Assembly: GCF_001457595.1 (NCBI RefSeq)
Contig: NZ_LN831039.1
Location: 1,320,001 to 1,352,000 of the forward strand
Origin: Mycolicibacterium smegmatis
GTDB taxonomy: Bacteria; Actinomycetota; Actinomycetes; Mycobacteriales; Mycobacteriaceae
Length of the DNA stretch: 32,000 nt
Direction of reading: 5' to 3'
This document shows positions 28,064-32,000 of the stretch, in pieces (positions within the stretch are counted from its first letter, which is position 1; every line of letters begins with the position of its first letter). Made by a program: the position numbers and the translations under genes. Below the pieces are notes generated by a model, which made no database searches, was not told where the DNA came from, and saw only the letters and a list, made by a program, of their open reading frames with translations.

Positions 28064-28566
28064 ACCCCAAGCCAACCAGACCCCTCGATCACAGCGCGAA
28101 AGCAGCTGATCGTCTCTACACCGTCAAGTGCGAAGAGCCCATAATCGGGAGGCGCTGACTTTTCGAGGCTATCCACCAGTAGAGAGTAGAAAGATGCCTG
28201 ATGGGCAGTGAACGACAATAATGCGCTTGGCGATGTCACCAATTCGAGAGTGAGCCCTGACGGTGTTCGCTTTGGGGTCGAGCGGATAATCGTCCATGCC
28301 GTACGACCGTGGTTGCGGTCAGTCTGTTGCCAGGAGTAAATGCTCACGCTTGCAGCAACTATCAGGGCCGTGCTGGTCGTCCTGATCTGGTCGGCGAGAC
28401 GCATCTCTAATAGGACCCCGAGCGTCGATGCTATACCGCTGTAGCGGATTTCTATTACTTGCGCCTCGGTCAGTGCGTCCTGGTCGGCAAATGGGTTGAC
28501 TGCATGAGCGTCGCCAACGGTTGGATTCCCGGGGGACGATGTGAATAGCTGTTCAAGCGTTGGCAT
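27982..28566 (-). CDS. hypothetical protein (194 aa); C-terminus overlaps next gene
   Basis: MPTLEQLFTSSPGNPTVGDAHAVNPFADQDALTEAQVIEIRYSGIASTLGVLLEMRLADQIRTTSTALIVAASVSIYSW... reads as a normal globular protein until about 28110. Confidence 0.55.
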   Translation of the reverse strand: MPTLEQLFTSSPGNPTVGDAHAVNPFADQDALTEAQVIEIRYSGIASTLGVLLEMRLADQIRTTSTALIVAASVSIYSWQQTDRNHGRTAWTIIRSTPKRTPSGLTLELVTSPSALLSFTAHQASFYSLLVDSLEKSAPPDYGLFALDGVETISCFRAVIEGSGWLGVCRRRSGRARGRAECPGAVWTWRCCRS

Positions 28567-28667
28567 TCGTCGAGCGTACGTGCTACAGGTAGAGTTCGAG
28601 GGGCGACATTTGTGTAATGGCAGCGCTGGTTGTCAGCGTCTCACTTGTCAGGTTGCGGTGGTGCAAT

Positions 28668-29021
28668 TTAACGTGCCATCGATAAGGCGCGCGCTTTTTC
28701 CAGAAATTCACGTTGCTCGGGCGTGCTGGCCGAGACCGGTCGGTTGATACGGTCAAGGATAACGATCGACGGTGCGAGTACGGACTCCACCATTGCGCGC
28801 CCTACCTGATGGGAGCTGCGGAAATTCTCCTCGAAAACTTTCCGCACAAACGTCTCGAAGGTGGCGGGGTCAATGTAGTAGTAATCCGAAGCCATCGCGC
28901 TTAGTCCAGTGGGGAGGCCGAAGTGATCGCCGAGTTGAGTGAGGAACCGCACGTATAGATCGCCGACGCGTAAAGCGGGACTCCACACGGTGTCATCACC
29001 GACGTCGAAGACGTAGCTCAC
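28668..29021 (-). CDS. hypothetical protein, candidate immunity protein for the upstream toxin (117 aa)
   Basis: VSYVFDVGDDTVWSPALRVGDLYVRFLTQLGDHFGLPTGLSAMASDYYYIDPATFETFVRKVFEENF...; GTG start shares GTGA with the toxin gene's TGA. Confidence 0.65.
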   Translation of the reverse strand: MSYVFDVGDDTVWSPALRVGDLYVRFLTQLGDHFGLPTGLSAMASDYYYIDPATFETFVRKVFEENFRSSHQVGRAMVESVLAPSIVILDRINRPVSASTPEQREFLEKARALSMAR

Positions 29022-30760
29022 GAGGTCCAATCTATCAGAATTGTTACGCCCGGGTGCTTCGCTCTGAGTTCGGCTGCAGCCTGCTCAACTGCAGCCCTTA
29101 GCGCAGGATCCACGCCTGGGTTGGTAAATCTGATTCCGATCGGCGCGTTTTCTAGGCCGACGATGAATTGTTGAGATTCGATATATTTCTCTATCTTGTT
29201 CACGAATTGTTTATTTACCCACTGTTCGGGGTTCCCTGCGGACGTTGCAGACTTTTCTTCCCACAGAACCCCATTTTCAACGCGGTCGATGTCGGTGATC
29301 GTTCTTCCTAGGTCACCGGGCTTGTCGCTCTGTATTTCCGTCGCTCCATCTGGGATGTGGTATCTGTCATCGCTTCCCAACATTGGCCGGGACGAATCGG
29401 GGAAGGACACATCACCATCGACCGTGGGCGGCGAGTGATGATCGGGAGTGGGAACGCTGTCAGCGTGCTCGAGGCGTGCTGGGGACTCGGTGGCGGGACC
29501 CGACGACTGCGGATGTTCGGACGATGTGGGTGTCGGATGGTCGACCGGCGCTGTCCCAGGACGATCAAGGGTGGGCGGTGGGTGATGGCCGGCAAGGTTT
29601 GCTGCTGCATCGTCGGCCCGAGCTTCTGCTGCGGCAAGGGCTTTCGGGAGAACGTTTTCACCTGTGAGTCCAGCGGCGCCTTCGAAGGCCTCGCGGCCGA
29701 GTAGGGTTTTCAAGCCGTGGATGGCGGCTTCGCCGCCTCCTTTGACCATGGCCGCCGCCTCGGGTGCTCCGACCGCGAGGGTGACAGCGTTGAAAAGAAG
29801 TTCATCATCTGGGGTGACGCGGCCAGGGTCCGGTGTGTTGGTGGAGACCAGTTTCCCGTCTTTGAAGCTGTAGGAGGTGCCTTTCGCCTGGTCGAAGAAC
29901 TCGCCCGTGCCGTTCTTCAGTTGTCCATAGATTTGGAAGGGCACACCCTTGTCGACGCCGTTGATCAGGAAGTGTCCGTCCGGAGATACCGTCACGGACT
30001 TCGGGTCGATGTTCGAGTAGTCGGGAATGTTCCCCAGGTCGTTGAGGGCGGTGGCCAGTTCAGCTTTCAGCTTGCGGACCTTTTCGAATGCAGGGCTGCC
30101 GGCCCCACCTGTATACGCGGCGCTCATCGCCTCATCGAGCTGCTTCTGTATGCCGCGAATTTTGGTCATCTGGTCGATGACGGCCTGGTTGGTCGCCTCT
30201 TGGAGCTCTTCGAGCAGAACGGTGGGATCTGTGTGCGGCGCACCATCGGGTACCTGGATTGGTTTGTCGGCGACCGCAACCCGCAGCGCGTTCCCTATCT
30301 CGACATCGGTGGCAGTGGCTTTGACAAGTAGAGCTTTGAGCCGCTCCTCGGCGGTCGCCCGCACCCGTTCTCGTTGTGCGGCTTCGTCTTCGTCGGTAAC
30401 GTCCGCGGCTTGAGGATCCACCACCGAGCCATTCGGCTGTATCTGCATACCCAATGACTCGGGCTCGGCGCGCGCGGCTGCCAGTTCGTTGATACACCAA
30501 CGCACGTCTTTGATCGCGGTATCAATGATGCCCGCGACTGCGGTTGTTTCACGATGCTGTTGGTCGACTTCGACCATCGCTTTGCCATGTTCAGTACGCC
30601 ACGCCTCGGCCGCGTCTCCATGCCAATCGTCCAAGCTCTTCTTGGTGGCATCGAGGCCGTCGCCTAGCCGCCGGAGGCTATGACCGGCATTGAGCACACT
30701 GTCTTTCACCTGTTGAAGAAGGCCGACGTCCCACTGCTCGATGTCCGGAATCGAGACCAC
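29018..30760 (-). CDS. putative type VII secretion-associated polymorphic toxin (580 aa)
   Basis: WXG-like helical N-terminus (DDWHGDAAEAWRTEHG), Pro/Ser-rich linker (HHPPPTLDRPGTAPVDHPTPTSSEHPQSSGPATESPARLEHADSVPTPDHHSPP), compact C-terminal domain TDIDRVENGVLWEEKSATSAGNPEQWVNKQFVNKIEKYIES... Confidence 0.75.
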   Translation of the reverse strand: MVSIPDIEQWDVGLLQQVKDSVLNAGHSLRRLGDGLDATKKSLDDWHGDAAEAWRTEHGKAMVEVDQQHRETTAVAGIIDTAIKDVRWCINELAAARAEPESLGMQIQPNGSVVDPQAADVTDEDEAAQRERVRATAEERLKALLVKATATDVEIGNALRVAVADKPIQVPDGAPHTDPTVLLEELQEATNQAVIDQMTKIRGIQKQLDEAMSAAYTGGAGSPAFEKVRKLKAELATALNDLGNIPDYSNIDPKSVTVSPDGHFLINGVDKGVPFQIYGQLKNGTGEFFDQAKGTSYSFKDGKLVSTNTPDPGRVTPDDELLFNAVTLAVGAPEAAAMVKGGGEAAIHGLKTLLGREAFEGAAGLTGENVLPKALAAAEARADDAAANLAGHHPPPTLDRPGTAPVDHPTPTSSEHPQSSGPATESPARLEHADSVPTPDHHSPPTVDGDVSFPDSSRPMLGSDDRYHIPDGATEIQSDKPGDLGRTITDIDRVENGVLWEEKSATSAGNPEQWVNKQFVNKIEKYIESQQFIVGLENAPIGIRFTNPGVDPALRAAVEQAAAELRAKHPGVTILIDWTS

Positions 30761-30763
30761 GGG

Positions 30764-31072
30764 CTAAAGGGACGTTTCGGACTTCTGAATCTCGTCGGAG
30801 GCGCTATGGTCCGTTGTGAGATAGCCCGCAACGGCTTCGGACATCGCGCTACCGATCCGTCCTACCTCGGTGTGCAATGCAGCCCGTTTGTCCGCCCAAC
30901 ACGTCGCCACGTGCCCGAGGGCGGCGGCGATCTCGCCGTTCCACTTTCCGGCGGCACTCACGAGCTCATCGTCGTGGTTGGAGTGTTCACGTCGTGACGT
31001 GTCCATGTGATCAAGCATGGCGCTTGAAGCGTGATGAAGACTCTCGACATTGACACGCAACGGCTCAGGCAT
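30764..31072 (-). CDS. small EspC/WXG100-like protein (102 aa), probable type VII secretion partner
   Basis: LRVNVESLHHASSAMLDHMDTSRREHSNHDDELVSAAGKWNGEIAAALGHVATCWADKRAALHTEVGRIGSAMSEAVAGYLTTDHSASDEI; 3 nt separate it from the toxin gene. Confidence 0.75.
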   Translation of the reverse strand: MPEPLRVNVESLHHASSAMLDHMDTSRREHSNHDDELVSAAGKWNGEIAAALGHVATCWADKRAALHTEVGRIGSAMSEAVAGYLTTDHSASDEIQKSETSL

Positions 31073-31280
31073 AGTTCCCCCTCAGAGAAATACTGATAGA
31101 CAATTTTACTAGCCCGGATTTTTCGTCGATGGTGATGGCGGTGGATTTGTAGGGCGTGATGGTTGGTCGGGTGACGTCTGCGGTCACAAGGCATGCTGGG
31201 GTGGTCCCGTGTCGCCGGGTGGGGCGGGCTTTCCCATGGCCGGTAGGTCTTTCGTGATCGATCGGTCGGGAGGCCGGCTG

Positions 31281-32000
31281 TTATCCGAAGGCGGTGCGCA
31301 GGTGTTGCCAGGCGGTGGCGATCGCCGATGCCCAGCGCCAGGTGGCGTCGATGCGCAGCCGGAGTTGGCGGGCGCCGCGGGTGATGCGGGCTGCGACGTG
31401 CAGCACGCGGTAGCGGAACGTGGCGATCTCGGCGCGGGCCAGCGTCGGATCACTGGTGAATCCGATGAGCCGTGCCCAGGTGACCAGGTCGGTGGCGGCC
31501 AGGACGATCTCGAGCCAGGCGGCGTTGGCCCAGAAGCCGTGACACGGCAGGTTGCGTAGGCCGGTGTTCTTGAGTTCGCGGATGCGGTCCTCGACGCGGG
31601 CGTGCTGGCGGTGCCGCAACTCCAGGCCGGCGACTTGGCCGGCCACGACACCGGTGGGTGTGTCGGTGATGAACGCGGTGACGCGCATTCCGTCGGTGTC
31701 GGTGAACCGCAGCTGGGCGCCGGGATGCGGTCTCTCCTTGCGCAGGATCAGCCGGGTGCCCGGCGGCCAGCTGTTGAGGTTGACCAAGGTGGTGGCCTCG
31801 GCGACCCAGGCGCCGTCACGGATGCCGCCGTCGGTGTCGATGGCCGGGTACCAGCCCTCGGCAAGGTTGAGGGTGTCGGCGGCGTCCTGGACGCGGGCGT
31901 CGACGGGGTAGCCGAAGGAGAATCCGACTCCCTGCTCGCGGCAGGCGTCGGCGAATCGGTGGGTGGCTCCGGCGGTGTCGCAACGCACCAGCACCTGGGG
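31281..32000 (-). CDS. IS1380-family-like transposase, C-terminal part (truncated by window end)
   Basis: RCDTAGATHRFADACREQGVGFSFGYPVDARVQDAA...GLELRHRQHARVEDRIRELKNTGLRNLPCHGFWANAAWLEIVLAATDLVTWARLIG; continues past 32000. Confidence 0.85.
   Translation of the reverse strand, partial: PQVLVRCDTAGATHRFADACREQGVGFSFGYPVDARVQDAADTLNLAEGWYPAIDTDGGIRDGAWVAEATTLVNLNSWPPGTRLILRKERPHPGAQLRFTDTDGMRVTAFITDTPTGVVAGQVAGLELRHRQHARVEDRIRELKNTGLRNLPCHGFWANAAWLEIVLAATDLVTWARLIGFTSDPTLARAEIATFRYRVLHVAARITRGARQLRLRIDATWRWASAIATAWQHLRTAFG

Overview
This is a GC-rich actinobacterial window, most likely Mycobacterium/Mycolicibacterium (inferred from protein flavour and a remembered gene order around prpDBC). 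It has two parts. About 1-19 kb looks like ordinary chromosome: a Fe/Mn superoxide dismutase, metE behind a cobalamin riboswitch, and a divergent GntR regulator facing a three-gene catabolic operon (DszA/NtaA-like flavin monooxygenase, CaiB/BaiF CoA-transferase, CitE/malyl-CoA-lyase-like lyase). These are followed by prpR, prpD-prpB-prpC-pyruvate carboxylase, and an atypical mycobacterial-type methylenetetrahydrofolate reductase gene. A second, previously unlabelled cobalamin-riboswitch-like element lies upstream of that MTHFR gene on the minus strand, with a small translationally coupled leader ORF (MCLCVWRR...) in between. About 19.3-32 kb is an accessory region. It contains a decayed IS256-family transposase fragment and a four-gene overlapping module of three tyrosine-recombinase-like proteins plus a DUF6262/TnpC-like protein; the middle recombinase appears catalytically degenerate. 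It also contains an ISL3-family insertion sequence, a pRiA4b ORF-3-like gene, a putative type VII-associated polymorphic toxin/immunity locus (EspC-like small protein, WXG-like N-terminal toxin with variable C-terminus, GTGA-coupled candidate immunity gene), and an IS1380-like transposase running off the window end. The best candidates for a second look are the MTHFR riboswitch and leader ORF, the recombinase module, and the toxin/immunity locus. No tRNA, rRNA or CRISPR array was recognised. All family names come from reading the translations, not from database searches.
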